A DNA stretch of 56,801 nucleotides from Candidatus Pacearchaeota archaeon (GTDB lineage Archaea; Nanobdellota; Nanobdellia; Pacearchaeales; GW2011-AR1), in the NCBI GenBank assembly GCA_018304165.1, contig JAGVWS010000034.1, positions 1-56,801 of the forward strand. The letters run 5' to 3'. A program made the translations under genes and the position numbers. The number at the start of each line of letters is the position of its first letter. Position 1 is the stretch's first letter. Shown here piece by piece: positions 1-9,611 of the stretch. Below the pieces are notes generated by a model. The model ran no database searches, was not told the DNA's origin, and saw only the letters and a list, made by a program, of their open reading frames with translations.

Positions 1-564
1 GAAGTGACTTTTGATGGCGTTTCCTTAGAAAATATAAAACAAAGTTCAATAAGTAAGAGGATAAGTATCGTCCTGCAGGATTCTGAGATGTTTAATATGT
101 CCTTGGAAGATAATGTCATGATTTCAGGAGAGGAAAACAGCAAGCACCTATCCTGGGCTGCCAAAGTTGCTAATCTCAAGCCAGTAATAAAAAACCTTCC
201 AAAAGGGCTTAAGACTATCATAGGTGAAAAGGGATACAAACTAAGCGGCGGTGAAAGGCAAAGAGTAGGGATTGCCAGAGCTGTTTATCGTAATTCAGAT
301 ATTTTAATACTTGATGAAGCTACTTCTCATCTTGATAGCAAGACTGAAAAGATAATTCAAGAGAACTTAGAGAGAGAATTGCATGGCAAGACAATGATTA
401 TCATTGCTCATCGCTTATCAACCCTTAAGAATGTTGATAGAATAATAGTTATGGACGAGGGAAAGATTGTTGAAGAAGGGAAGTTTGATGAATTAATAAA
501 AAAGAGAGGATTATTCAGCCAGATTTATAAGATTCAGCAGCATCAGAAGAAGGGATATTTATAA
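1..564 (+). CDS. ABC transporter ATP-binding domain (C-terminal part, 5' truncated by window)
   Basis: LSGGERQR signature, [12 protein letters not shown]alker B/D-loop, IAHRLST H-switch; frame open from position 1. Confidence 0.95.
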   Translation, partial: EVTFDGVSLENIKQSSISKRISIVLQDSEMFNMSLEDNVMISGEENSKHLSWAAKVANLKPVIKNLPKGLKTIIGEKGYKLSGGERQRVGIARAVYRNSDILILDEATSHLDSKTEKIIQENLERELHGKTMIIIAHRLSTLKNVDRIIVMDEGKIVEEGKFDELIKKRGLFSQIYKIQQHQKKGYL

Positions 565-697
565 TAGTATAAAATCATTTAGTTAATGTTAAACTTAATA
601 AGCTAATGGTAACGGCTTTTTTGATTGAACTTATAATAGTTTGTGTTTAGCAGGTTTAGTGGATTGCGGCTAATTATTTTTCTTTCTAAAATCATTT

Positions 698-1732
698 TCA
701 TTTATACCTCATCATCGTCTTTATTTGAATTGCCCACCTCATGAATGCGGGTATTAATCCACCAATTGAAAAATTCTTCCATTCAAAGATGCCATTCCAT
801 TTCCCCAAGCTTATAACCATTGGCTTTCTTGAGGGATTGTATTCCATTAGCTTTTGGCCTTTTTCAGTTCTTAAAATATTTTTAATTACTACTTTTGCCT
901 GTTTTTCAGCTGCCTGAGCAGTTTTTTCTTCCTTAATGTTGTTGACATCTCCAGCAGCGAAGACATTAGTTAAATTATCAAATCTAAGGTGCTTGTCAAC
1001 TTCAATATGTTCCTTTTCATCTAGATATTTTGAAAAGTTTTTCTTCAAGAATTCAGAATTAGGCTGTATTCCAGTGCACAATAGTATTATATCTGCTCTG
1101 AATCTTTTCTTCTTGTCAGTAACTGCCAGGTTATTTTTGTATCCTACAACTCTTTCATTATAGAATATTCTCACTCCATGATTTTTAAGGAATCTTTCTG
1201 CATAAGCTCTAGATTTATTGTTATTTCTTTTCATCAATCTATCAGCTTCTTGAATTATGGTTACTTCCCTGCTCCTGCAGAAAGTAGATATTTCTGCCGC
1301 TATTTCAACTCCTACCGGTCCTCCCCCAACAATCACTATCCTTTTGGCACGCTGAATCTTTTTATAAGCAAGCATTAAATCCTTGGCTCTGTCTGCCATG
1401 AATATGTTGTGCTGTTTGAATGGCTGGTTGTATCTTGAGCCTGAGCAAATAGCTAAGTAATCATATGGTAGTTTTTCATTATTAGTTAAATAAACAAATT
1501 CTTTGTCAACGTTATTTACTGCTCCATGGATAAACCTTGCCTTCTTCAAGTAGTCTTTGTGGCTTACTTCTATCTTTTTTCTAATCATGGGTTTTAGCAG
1601 GGTTCTTGGCACTCCTGGAGTGAACTCAAAATAATTCTTAGTATCGATTAAGGTTACTTCAAAATATTTTTCCAGCTTCATTGCAATTTTTGCTCCTGCA
1701 AATCCTCCGCCGACTACAACAACTTTTTTCAT
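698..1732 (-). CDS. FAD/NAD(P)-dependent oxidoreductase (NDH-2/AIF-like family)
   Basis: Two Rossmann motifs VVVVGGGFAG and IVIVGGGPVGVE; NVFAAGD FAD motif. Confidence 0.9.
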   Translation of the reverse strand: MKKVVVVGGGFAGAKIAMKLEKYFEVTLIDTKNYFEFTPGVPRTLLKPMIRKKIEVSHKDYLKKARFIHGAVNNVDKEFVYLTNNEKLPYDYLAICSGSRYNQPFKQHNIFMADRAKDLMLAYKKIQRAKRIVIVGGGPVGVEIAAEISTFCRSREVTIIQEADRLMKRNNNKSRAYAERFLKNHGVRIFYNERVVGYKNNLAVTDKKKRFRADIILLCTGIQPNSEFLKKNFSKYLDEKEHIEVDKHLRFDNLTNVFAAGDVNNIKEEKTAQAAEKQAKVVIKNILRTEKGQKLMEYNPSRKPMVISLGKWNGIFEWKNFSIGGLIPAFMRWAIQIKTMMRYK

Positions 1733-1897
1733 GAAATATCTATTGGAATATGCTTTAAAATTGTTGTTAAGTAAGAATTAACCAGTTTTAATACACTCAA
1801 GAGGCTGTGAGTAGCTTGACATTGATAATAATTACGTTGCATATGCGGATTAGCGATAATTATTATTCTGGTTGATTTGCCGTAATTTTGGCTTCTG

Positions 1898-1911
1898 GAA
1901 AGGTTTAAATA
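1898..1911 (+). promoter_or_regulatory. BRE-TATA promoter
   Basis: GAAAGGTTTAAATA upstream of the small acidic ORF. Confidence 0.65.
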
Positions 1912-1956
1912 CTATTCAGATAAGTAGAAACTATTTAATAAAACAGGATGTCTAAA

Positions 1957-2097
1957 ATGCCAAGAAAAGCAGAAGAAAAAGATGCAGAGAAAGAGAGCGA
2001 AGAAAAAGGTGAAGGGGAAGAGGAATTTGAGGAAGATTCTGAACTTGGAGACGACGATGATTCAGAGGAAGAAGACGAAGGAGACGGTGACTGGTAA
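1957..2097 (+). CDS. 46-aa highly acidic micro-protein (below ORF-track cutoff)
   Basis: MPRKAEEKDAEKESEEKGEGEEEFEEDSELGDDDDSEEEDEGDGDW*; alternative in-frame ATG at 1948; TATA upstream, T-rich tract downstream. Confidence 0.75.
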   Translation: MPRKAEEKDAEKESEEKGEGEEEFEEDSELGDDDDSEEEDEGDGDW

Positions 2098-2438
2098 ACC
2101 TTAAATTTCTATTTTTTATTTTATTTTTAAAAACCCATTAATTCTCTGGTTATTTTTAATAAATGTTGCAGACTTAGTACAGAATTAGTTGTTAACAATT
2201 ATTTATAACTTGCCACTACGTTCCGGCATATTATCTGCTCTAACCTGTGCACACTTTTAATCGTTAGAGGTATGGATAACTGCACAGGTTAGGTTACAAG
2301 AAGATGCAGTTAGACAGATAGAGAACTGCAAAAAGCAGGTCATATAAGTAACGCAGTTGTCTATATCTTATGAATGATGATAAGAAATATCAGTGTAATC
2401 TGGTTAAAGCTGGCTGTTAGTTACTGACCTCTAAAAAA

Positions 2439-3011
2439 TCACTTCCCTCTCGGTATATTCCTCTGCACCGGCGTCTGCCTCTTAACTGGCTTTTCCATTA
2501 TTTGATGCTTTTGTTTCTTTGCTTCCATTTCCTGGTGCTTGAAGCCTGCCTCAACTACCGCGGCTTTCTTTTCCTCTGCCTCTTTCTTTTCTTCCTCTTT
2601 GCCTTCTTCAGCTTTTTCTTCTTTGACTTCTTTCTTTTCCTCAGCTTTCTCTTCCTTAGAAGCAGCTTCAGATTTCTTTGCCTCTCTGTTTATTTTAAAC
2701 TGAAGTATCTTTGGTATTTCCGCTAGCTCCACGATTACATTTCCATCGCTCATTTTCTTTGCCTTAACTTTGATTTTCACTGGAGGCTTTCTTATTCCCC
2801 TGAACCATAATTCATGATTCAACAGCTTGTCAATCTTAACTTTGCTGACGTCCCTTTCTTCAACTTTCATGTGCCTCGCCATGAATTCTCTTACGAGTTT
2901 TACTGCCTTCTTAGCCCTCTTATACCTCGGGACAGGCCTGAGCTTGGCTGATAGTGGGACTATATAAATTCTTTCAAGAACAACTTTGTTTTCTGCTTTT
3001 TTATCAGCCAT
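2439..3011 (-). CDS. rpl31e: 50S ribosomal protein L31e with long K/E-rich C-terminal tail
   Basis: ERIYIVPL...RYKRAKKAVKLVREFMARHMK...LNHELWFRGIRKPP; adjacent to L39e and S19e. Confidence 0.95.
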   Translation of the reverse strand: MADKKAENKVVLERIYIVPLSAKLRPVPRYKRAKKAVKLVREFMARHMKVEERDVSKVKIDKLLNHELWFRGIRKPPVKIKVKAKKMSDGNVIVELAEIPKILQFKINREAKKSEAASKEEKAEEKKEVKEEKAEEGKEEEKKEAEEKKAAVVEAGFKHQEMEAKKQKHQIMEKPVKRQTPVQRNIPRGK

Positions 3012-3164
3012 GTTTACTTGCTTCGCAATAATTTATTTCATTAGGTGATAAACCGCTTATTTTACTATGAAAATTAGAATTGAACTCTTTAAGCCCATAG
3101 GTTAAGCTGAACTTATTGTTGGGCATTTTTACATTAATTATATAGGTTATGTTTGATATCATTT

Positions 3165-3368
3165 TTATCCCAGATGGCTCTTTGCCGTCTTTCTCGGTTT
3201 AATCTTGAGTTTTGTCTGGCGCCAGCTTCTTCTAAGGCGAGTCATGCTTGAAGGATGAACGCGTTTTCCTCTTCCGTACTTCTTAAGCACGGCCCAAACT
3301 GGAGCCCACTTAGTTCTTCTGTTATGAACTTCTAATAGTATTTTTTTTCTTGTTCTTCTTAGTGCCAT
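3165..3368 (-). CDS. rpl39e: 50S ribosomal protein L39e
   Basis: APVWAVLK...RRSWRQTKLKI; conserved synteny. Confidence 0.9.
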   Translation of the reverse strand: MALRRTRKKILLEVHNRRTKWAPVWAVLKKYGRGKRVHPSSMTRLRRSWRQTKLKIKPRKTAKSHLG

Positions 3369-3373
3369 TTTCT

Positions 3374-3796
3374 TTAACCTTCTTTTCCGCCCTTCCCTGT
3401 TTTTTCCACCAATTCTTTTCCCTTGGTCGTTAAACTGCGGCCGCTTCTCTTTCCCTTGACTTTTTTTAATAATCCTGCCGCTTCCGCCTGTTGGAGTATT
3501 AATCTGATTATCTTTCCAGAGCCTCTTCTGAATTCGGGGGGCTTATGCCCTCTATCCTTCCTTCCGCCATACCTTGTCCTCAGCCTGCTCACTCCCAACA
3601 CCCCTCTAACATAAATCTGCCTCATGATGCTTGCCGCTCTCTTATGCCAGAAATCTTCCTCAAGTATTGGCCTATCGCGGGCAGGGCTTGACTTGACAAA
3701 ATGAATCCACTCCGGCGCTTTGAATTCCGGAATCTTCTTAAGCTCCTCGCTAAGAAGTTTGTTGTACTCGTTTGCATCAATATCATAAATTCCCAT
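3374..3796 (-). CDS. rps19e: 30S ribosomal protein S19e
   Basis: PEWIHFVKS, RAASIMRQIY, LRTRYGGRK, GSGKIIRLILQQAE motifs. Confidence 0.97.
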   Translation of the reverse strand: MGIYDIDANEYNKLLSEELKKIPEFKAPEWIHFVKSSPARDRPILEEDFWHKRAASIMRQIYVRGVLGVSRLRTRYGGRKDRGHKPPEFRRGSGKIIRLILQQAEAAGLLKKVKGKRSGRSLTTKGKELVEKTGKGGKEG

Positions 3797-3967
3797 GATC
3801 AGTTGCCTTGCAATTCATAGTTTAAGTTATTAGTTGTAAAGACGCTCGACTTGTCCAGCTTACTATTATCAAAGCTCGTGCTGCTTAGCCTTAAATTACT
3901 ATTACTCCATCCTTCAGTATTTTCATTAATTATCATCTTCTCATTCTGACTAACTTTAGCCTAAATT

Positions 3968-4028
3968 ATGGCTTGCTTTTCAGCAATAAACCGCCCGTGT
4001 TCGCGCTTAGCGAACAAGCGTCAACCAT
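3968..4028 (-). ncRNA. Candidate structured 5' leader (three-way junction) upstream of rps19e
   Basis: Outer stem AUGGUU/AGCCAU, hairpin UGUUCGC/GCGAACA, hairpin UUGCU-GAAA-AGCAA; starts about 23 nt below TATA box TTTAAAAG (4057-4050). Confidence 0.55.
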
Positions 4029-4138
4029 TAATGAGCTAGAAAAAGTGTCCTTTTAAATCTTTCTCACCCGGATTATATTTTTTGTTGACATCAATGAATG
4101 CCATATAAGCTTAAATATTAATTATACAATATCTTCCA

Positions 4139-4507
4139 ATGGGTGCAAGTACTGACCCTATGAGACAAAGAGAGTTTGATGCACAAAGAAGTAAGCTTGT
4201 GACTGTTACTAATGACGGCCTTCCAGTAGTTAATGAACTGACCTTCCTTAATTTTGTCAGGGAATATCCTATCGCTTCTGGGAATAATGATCCTGAAGTT
4301 ACCAAAAGAATAGAAACTGAAAATCCACAAATCCATAGAATACTATCTCTTGGAATGCAAGAAGCTCCTACTCATGAAGCTAAGTCTTATTATGAGATGG
4401 GAATTCAGATAGCTTATGAGCTTCTTAGAAGGCAGGCTTTAGTGAATAGCCAAAGAGAAAGGGTTGCTAAAATAATTGAAGATGAAAGAAAAACCACTTA
4501 TAGTTAA
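4139..4507 (+). CDS. Hypothetical protein
   Basis: 122-aa ORF with upstream TTAAATAT box; opposite strand to flanking genes. Confidence 0.65.
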   Translation: MGASTDPMRQREFDAQRSKLVTVTNDGLPVVNELTFLNFVREYPIASGNNDPEVTKRIETENPQIHRILSLGMQEAPTHEAKSYYEMGIQIAYELLRRQALVNSQRERVAKIIEDERKTTYS

Positions 4508-4510
4508 TTT

Positions 4511-4759
4511 CTACCTCATCTTCCTCTTCCACTTCTTCAGGAAGATGGAGTATCCAACAACTCTAGCAGTGTATTTTTCTCCAAGATCGTTCAATATTCG
4601 GTTAACCAATTCATCCATTTGCTCGCGGTCTCTAATATAGCTTCTTAGCACTACTACCTTTATGTTGTTATGGTGCTCTAGTGCCTTCTTTATATTTTCT
4701 CTGCTTCCTTCATTATATCCTGCCTTTCCTAGCTGTATTGTTACTAATCCAAGGCTCAT
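4511..4759 (-). CDS. YhbY/CRM-family RNA-binding protein
   Basis: IQLGKAG...IKKALEHHNNIKVVVLRS...VVGYSIFL; typical neighbour of rps19e. Confidence 0.85.
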   Translation of the reverse strand: MSLGLVTIQLGKAGYNEGSRENIKKALEHHNNIKVVVLRSYIRDREQMDELVNRILNDLGEKYTARVVGYSIFLKKWKRKMR

Positions 4760-5115
4760 TTTGTGACTCTTTTAATTAAATCTTCTTTAATTTTCTTAAT
4801 TTGATTCTCAAGTATTAGCAGGTGTTTAGTTGCTATATCCCACACAATATCTAAGTTAACTTCAAAATATTGATGGATTATTTTATCTCTTGAGCCGATT
4901 ATCTTTTTCCATTCAATTTCTGAATATTCGGCCTTAAATGAATCTTCAAGGTTTTTTGCAGCTTCGCCAATTATTTCAACGCTTCTCACGACAGCGTTTA
5001 TTTTCTCTTTGTCTAAAACAAACTCTTCTTTTGAAACTCCTTTAACAAAATGTTTTACGTCAGAAATACATTGCAGGATATGCCCTAAGAATATTAACGG
5101 ATCTTTATCAGTCAT
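4756..5115 (-). CDS. HEPN/DUF86 ribonuclease toxin (HepT-like)
   Basis: AVVRSVEIIGEAAK, RDKIIHQY (Rx4HxY) motif; overlaps the MNT gene. Confidence 0.92.
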   Translation of the reverse strand: MTDKDPLIFLGHILQCISDVKHFVKGVSKEEFVLDKEKINAVVRSVEIIGEAAKNLEDSFKAEYSEIEWKKIIGSRDKIIHQYFEVNLDIVWDIATKHLLILENQIKKIKEDLIKRVTK

Positions 5116-5558
5116 ATTATTCGGATCTCGTCTTTTAGTATGCGCTCTTTTAGTAATGGGTGAATATATTTGTATGTTATCACCTCTACCTTTTTCTTTA
5201 AGGCTTCTTCCAAATCTACTTGCATTCCAAAGAAATCAAACCCCATCCCCTTTCTAGGCTCTATTATTATGTCAACATCACTATTCTTCTTCTGCTCTCC
5301 TCGAGCATAGCTTCCGAATATTCCCGCTTTCTTAATTCCCTCTTTCTTCAGAATTTTTATTATTAGAGGTTTGATTTTTTCAATAGCCAGATTAACTCTC
5401 TTCCTAACGAATCTCTCTTTTGCAGCATCTAATTCTTCTTTGGATAAATTAAGCCCAAGATATTTTCTCTTTTTCTTGACAGACTTATTCTTTCTTACAG
5501 ACTCTGTTAGATAATAATACTTTCTTCCATTTCTTTCTTTAATCTCTAGATATACCAT
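5112..5558 (-). CDS. Minimal nucleotidyltransferase (MntA-like antitoxin) with extra N-terminal domain
   Basis: FGSYARGE...SDVDI motif; N-terminal MVYLEIKERNGRKYYYLTESVRK...RKYLG extension. Confidence 0.92.
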   Translation of the reverse strand: MVYLEIKERNGRKYYYLTESVRKNKSVKKKRKYLGLNLSKEELDAAKERFVRKRVNLAIEKIKPLIIKILKKEGIKKAGIFGSYARGEQKKNSDVDIIIEPRKGMGFDFFGMQVDLEEALKKKVEVITYKYIHPLLKERILKDEIRII

Positions 5559-5566
5559 AAAATCTA

Positions 5567-5605
5567 TACGTCTACATTATTTATAAATCTTATGATGTAG
5601 ACGTA
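5567..5605 (-). promoter_or_regulatory. TATA box flanked by an inverted-repeat operator
   Basis: TACGTCTACAT (5567-5577) / ATGTAGACGTA (5595-5605) perfect inverted repeat around TTTATAAA. Confidence 0.75.
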
Positions 5606-5609
5606 CAAA

Positions 5610-6203
5610 TCAAGCAATTATCTTTATTCCTCCTGCCGGCATTGCTCTTTCTATTTCCTCGACGGTAAAATCAAGATTTTTTTCTTTAAGAATTTTTTTT
5701 ATTTCTTTGGCTGCTTTATTGCGCGTTTCTTCGCCCGGCGTTATCCATAGCAGTGCCTCTCTTGGTCTTGGTACTGCCCGTAATTTTTCTTCTTGCACTT
5801 CCAATCCTAGTTTTAACTCAACTGCTCTTCTATTGGCCTTTCCAAGAACACCGAATGTTCCGGACTTCATGCCTTTATTCTTAGTTATTTGTTTGCTGTG
5901 GAAAATATCGATGCTTGTTGTTTTCTTTTGCTTCTTCCATTCTTGAGAGAAGCATCCAGTAAATACTGCCTGCTCCATTAAATCTTCTTCAGTCACATTT
6001 TCTCCTTCATCCACTAAGAAAGTGAATGGCGAGCCAGGATTAGTTGTATGCATGACTATGTAATCAATTCCGGATTTTGTTATTTCCTTTACTAAGAGTT
6101 CGTTCTGCTCAGCGTTCTTTCCGCCAATCACCAGTTTTCCAGATGATGTGAAGAACCAGCGGTATTTGAGATATGATTGTGACCTCATTTTTTCTTTACC
6201 CAT
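5610..6203 (-). CDS. NFACT-R (DUF814) RNA-binding domain protein
   Basis: YRWFFTSSGKLVIGGKNAEQNELLV, MHTTNPGSPF, FSQEWK. Confidence 0.88.
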   Translation of the reverse strand: MGKEKMRSQSYLKYRWFFTSSGKLVIGGKNAEQNELLVKEITKSGIDYIVMHTTNPGSPFTFLVDEGENVTEEDLMEQAVFTGCFSQEWKKQKKTTSIDIFHSKQITKNKGMKSGTFGVLGKANRRAVELKLGLEVQEEKLRAVPRPREALLWITPGEETRNKAAKEIKKILKEKNLDFTVEEIERAMPAGGIKIIA

Positions 6204-6505
6204 TCCTTAGTTATCCATTTTTTAATTATTGCTTCTTCTAAATCAATTTTTAGTATTTTTGATATTACTAATGCTAATCCAACAACATCCGCAAGCTCTT
6301 TGGCAACCCGTTTTTTTGACTCTTCTTCTGGTAAATATTTTTCAGGCCGGCACTTTTTCTTGTGGATAATATACGACTGCGCAAGTTCTCCAAGCTCTTC
6401 AGTTATTTTCAGCATCAAATAATCATCGCTAAGGTCTATCTTGTCTCTTTTTAGATTATCCGAGAATATTTTTGTCACCTTTTCTTGCAGTTCTTTTATT
6501 TCCAT
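6185..6505 (-). CDS. MazG-like nucleotide pyrophosphohydrolase
   Basis: KITEELGELAQ...KELADV acidic motifs. Confidence 0.85.
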   Translation of the reverse strand: MEIKELQEKVTKIFSDNLKRDKIDLSDDYLMLKITEELGELAQSYIIHKKKCRPEKYLPEEESKKRVAKELADVVGLALVISKILKIDLEEAIIKKWITKEWVKKK

Positions 6506-6541
6506 TTTAACATTAATAACCGCGGGTGTTATACAACCATT

Positions 6542-7948
6542 TCATTTTATTATCCTATACCCTTCTTCAGTATCTTCAATAATGTAACCTTCTCTCTTTA
6601 TTTTGTTTCTTAACTCGTCGGCTTTCTTCCAGTTCTTTTTTCTTCTTGCAGCTTCCCTTTCATCTGCAAGCTTCTTGATGCTTTCCGGGATTATTATCTT
6701 TTCAACTTCATCCAGCCCTAATCCCAAAACCCTGTCAAAATCAATAATTAGTTGGTATTTTTCAGCCTCGTTAAGTTTTTTGTCACTAATTACTCCATGC
6801 AAAATTGCTAAGGCCTGCGGAATATTGATATCGTCGTTAATCGCTTTTCTGAATGTATCCATATAAGGCTTAATCTTGCCATCGCGTACTTCAAATTCTC
6901 CTGATTTTTCCTTTATCTCCCTGACTTTTTCAATTATAGAATAATACACATTTTCTGCCGCTTCCAGAGTATCCTTGCTGAATATTAGCGGCTTCCTGTA
7001 ATGGGTTGATAAGTATAGGTATCTTACTGCCAGCGGTTCGTGTCCGGCTCTTTTAAGATCTTTAATAGTTGCTAACCCCCCCTTACTCTTTGATATTTTG
7101 TCACCTTCCGGCGTTGTTAAGAACCCATTATGGAGCCATATCTTAACAATGTCCTTACCAAAATAGCCCTCATTCTGCGCCATTTCATTAGGATGATGTA
7201 TCTGTCTATGGTCTTGCCCTCCGCTATGAATGTCAATAACCTTTCCTAATAGCGCGCTTCCCATAACACTACATTCAATATGCCAGCCAGGCCACCCTAC
7301 TCCGAAAGGGCTCTCCCATTCCTGTTGCCGCAAACCGGGCTTGTCAGAGAATTTCCATAATGCGAAATCAGTGGGATGTTTCTTCTCTCCTACTTCCACT
7401 CTCTTTCCAGCTTCAATAGTTTCTGCAGTTATCCCCCCAATTAGTATTCCGTAATCCTTTATCTTGGATGTATCAAAATATACTCCATCCTTTGTTTTGT
7501 AAGTGTAGCCCTTTCTTTCTAATTCTTTTATGAATTCAATCATCTGCCTTATATACTGCGTTGCTCTTGGCTTATGATTTGGCGGAATAATATTCAATAG
7601 CTTTGATTGCTCTTCAAAATCATCAATGTAGAATTGTGCTATTTCTTTAGCTGTTTTGCCTTCCTTCTTTGCGGCTTTTTCTATCTTATCTTCTCCTTCG
7701 TCGGCATCGCTCGTTAAATGTCCTACATCGGTGTAATTCATCACATGATTGACATCATAGCCATTATACGCAAGAACTCTCTTAACAACATCCCATACAG
7801 TGTAAGCCCTCATATTTCCAATATGCTGATACCAATAAACTGTCGGTCCGCAGCTGTAAAAAGAAACTCTATCTTTCTTTGATGGTTTTAACAATTCTTT
7901 CTTTCTAGTTAAGCTGTTGTACAAGTATACTTTGCCTTTTGCCGCCAT
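6542..7948 (-). CDS. cysS: Cysteine--tRNA ligase
   Basis: CGPTVY, HIGN, DFALWK, PGWHIECS, KISKS, ADELR motifs. Confidence 0.98.
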   Translation of the reverse strand: MAAKGKVYLYNSLTRKKELLKPSKKDRVSFYSCGPTVYWYQHIGNMRAYTVWDVVKRVLAYNGYDVNHVMNYTDVGHLTSDADEGEDKIEKAAKKEGKTAKEIAQFYIDDFEEQSKLLNIIPPNHKPRATQYIRQMIEFIKELERKGYTYKTKDGVYFDTSKIKDYGILIGGITAETIEAGKRVEVGEKKHPTDFALWKFSDKPGLRQQEWESPFGVGWPGWHIECSVMGSALLGKVIDIHSGGQDHRQIHHPNEMAQNEGYFGKDIVKIWLHNGFLTTPEGDKISKSKGGLATIKDLKRAGHEPLAVRYLYLSTHYRKPLIFSKDTLEAAENVYYSIIEKVREIKEKSGEFEVRDGKIKPYMDTFRKAINDDINIPQALAILHGVISDKKLNEAEKYQLIIDFDRVLGLGLDEVEKIIIPESIKKLADEREAARRKKNWKKADELRNKIKREGYIIEDTEEGYRIIK

Positions 7949-7953
7949 TCTAT

Positions 7954-8490
7954 TTATATGGTGTCTAATGGGCTTTTTATATTTACCATTTTTCCTGAAG
8001 AATGCAGGTAAGCAAGGGTTGTTTCAGGTGATTTGTGTCCTAACAGTACCTGAACTTCCGAGATGCTGTTTTTATCTTCAATTATAGATAATTCCCTTGA
8101 TTATAGTACTTTCTTTGGAATTATCTATCACGGGAATTCTGTGCAAATATGTGCTACAATTATCAGAATTCACGATAAATGTGTGGCAAAGCTATGCCTT
8201 AGGGTATGGCAATGGACATCTCTATAATTCAGTTTTGCCGCTTTAGCGGCAGTTTTAACTATTTTTTGAATTGTCCTGATATTATACTTTTTATTTCTGT
8301 TTGTCAGGAGGAGATATTCTTCTTTGCTCCTGTTTACACAAATCTGCAATAAAACTCTTAGCAGTTTTTCCGGAATAATAAATATCCTGTCCTTTCCTCC
8401 CTTTCCATTCCTCACAAACCCGTATCTTTCTTTAAAGTTTATGTTCTCGATTTTCAGGTTCACCAGTTCAGAAACCCCTAATCCTGAGGA
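7954..8490 (-). pseudogene. Xer-like tyrosine recombinase remnant, N-terminally truncated and interrupted by a MITE
   Basis: SSGLGVSEL (catalytic R replaced by G), GKGGKDR, HTLRHSFATHL|insert|IEDKNSISEVQVLLGHKSPETTLAY...KSPLDTI*; removing 8083-8175 restores the frame. Confidence 0.9.
8085..8175. mobile_element. 91-bp double-hairpin MITE, lineage 1, flanked by TA duplication
   Basis: TA|TAGATAATTCC...GGAATTATCTA-TCA-CGGGAATTCTG...CAGAATTCACGA|TA; related copies at 19957 and 37369. Confidence 0.85.
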
Positions 8491-8648
8491 ATTAAGTTTT
8501 AATCTTCACAGAATTAGATTAGATTATAGAAAAATTTTAGAGTTTATAACTTCCTCAGGTTGAAATTAACGAGAGTGCTCCCATCTTCTTTTTTTTAAAA
8601 AAAAGAAGCAAAAAAAAGCGCGCGCTTCCGTTCCCTCATCCTTAAAGA

Positions 8649-9566
8649 TTACTTCCGCCCAACCTTCCCGTTTATCTCCCTTCTTCTATCCTTATTAACA
8701 AATCTTATACTCTTAATTCTTCCTTTATCCTCATCTATTTCTAATAAAGTATTAACTCTTCCTCCAAAGCCTGCATTAATTGCTGTTGTTCTTCCGCTGG
8801 CCATTTTCTGCTTTCCAAAATGCTCATGCATATGTCCCCCGATGCAGGCGAGGGGTTTGTACTTCTTTATTGCTTCCTTAGCTATAACTGAACCGAAGTG
8901 CTGGCCGTGCCTTGGTGATAATTTATTGTTTATTAAGTCAAGCTTAGTATTGTAAGGAATATTATGCGTCAGGAAGACAATTATTTTGCCCTTTCTCTTG
9001 GCTTCGTTAAATAATTTTGAGAGTTTCTTAACATTCTTGATGTATGCTTTCTTCCTCTTGTTTAATTCTTTCTTATTGTAATTTTTAATATCTCTTCCTT
9101 GAGGATATTCCGGCCCGCTTGTTATTCCGTGGCCGATAAATCTAAAACTTTTCCAGTTTTTTGCTTTAAGATGAAGGTCGTGAATGTTTTTTAGCCCTTT
9201 GATTAAGTAATTTTTGTACCAGCTTCTTCTCAATACTCTCATATGTTCTCCGGAGTGAGATGTCCAGTCCCAGTTGCCGGGAGTTATGAATACCGGCTTA
9301 TTTAATGAATTGAGAAATTCAAGGACTCTTCTGCCGTCTCTTAATGATTTTTTGAGCATTTTTACAGCTTTTCTTCTTCCTGCAAGGTCATACCATTCAA
9401 TATCAATCTTTTCATTAAGCCATAACTTTAATGACTGAAACATATATTTTCTTGGAGCATCACTGCAGAAATCTCCCGGCGCTATTATTGCATCAAAGTC
9501 GCGGGGCTTGAAATAGAACTTTGGCATAGCTCCGTGAAGGTCGCCGATGATTAGGAACTTGGTCAT
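8649..9566 (-). CDS. Metallophosphoesterase (calcineurin-like/Icc family)
   Basis: GDLH, GDF, PGNWD, THNIP, GHMHE motifs. Confidence 0.92.
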   Translation of the reverse strand: MTKFLIIGDLHGAMPKFYFKPRDFDAIIAPGDFCSDAPRKYMFQSLKLWLNEKIDIEWYDLAGRRKAVKMLKKSLRDGRRVLEFLNSLNKPVFITPGNWDWTSHSGEHMRVLRRSWYKNYLIKGLKNIHDLHLKAKNWKSFRFIGHGITSGPEYPQGRDIKNYNKKELNKRKKAYIKNVKKLSKLFNEAKRKGKIIVFLTHNIPYNTKLDLINNKLSPRHGQHFGSVIAKEAIKKYKPLACIGGHMHEHFGKQKMASGRTTAINAGFGGRVNTLLEIDEDKGRIKSIRFVNKDRRREINGKVGRK

Positions 9567-9611
9567 TGGGAATTAAGAATTATGGAATATAAAAAGATGA
9601 TGTTTGAGAAG

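Noticed and set aside
7954..8490. Bona fide integron integrase IntI
   Set aside because: The segment between GKGGKDR and HTLRH is too short for the IntI-specific insertion, and the gene is 16 kb from the attC-like sites
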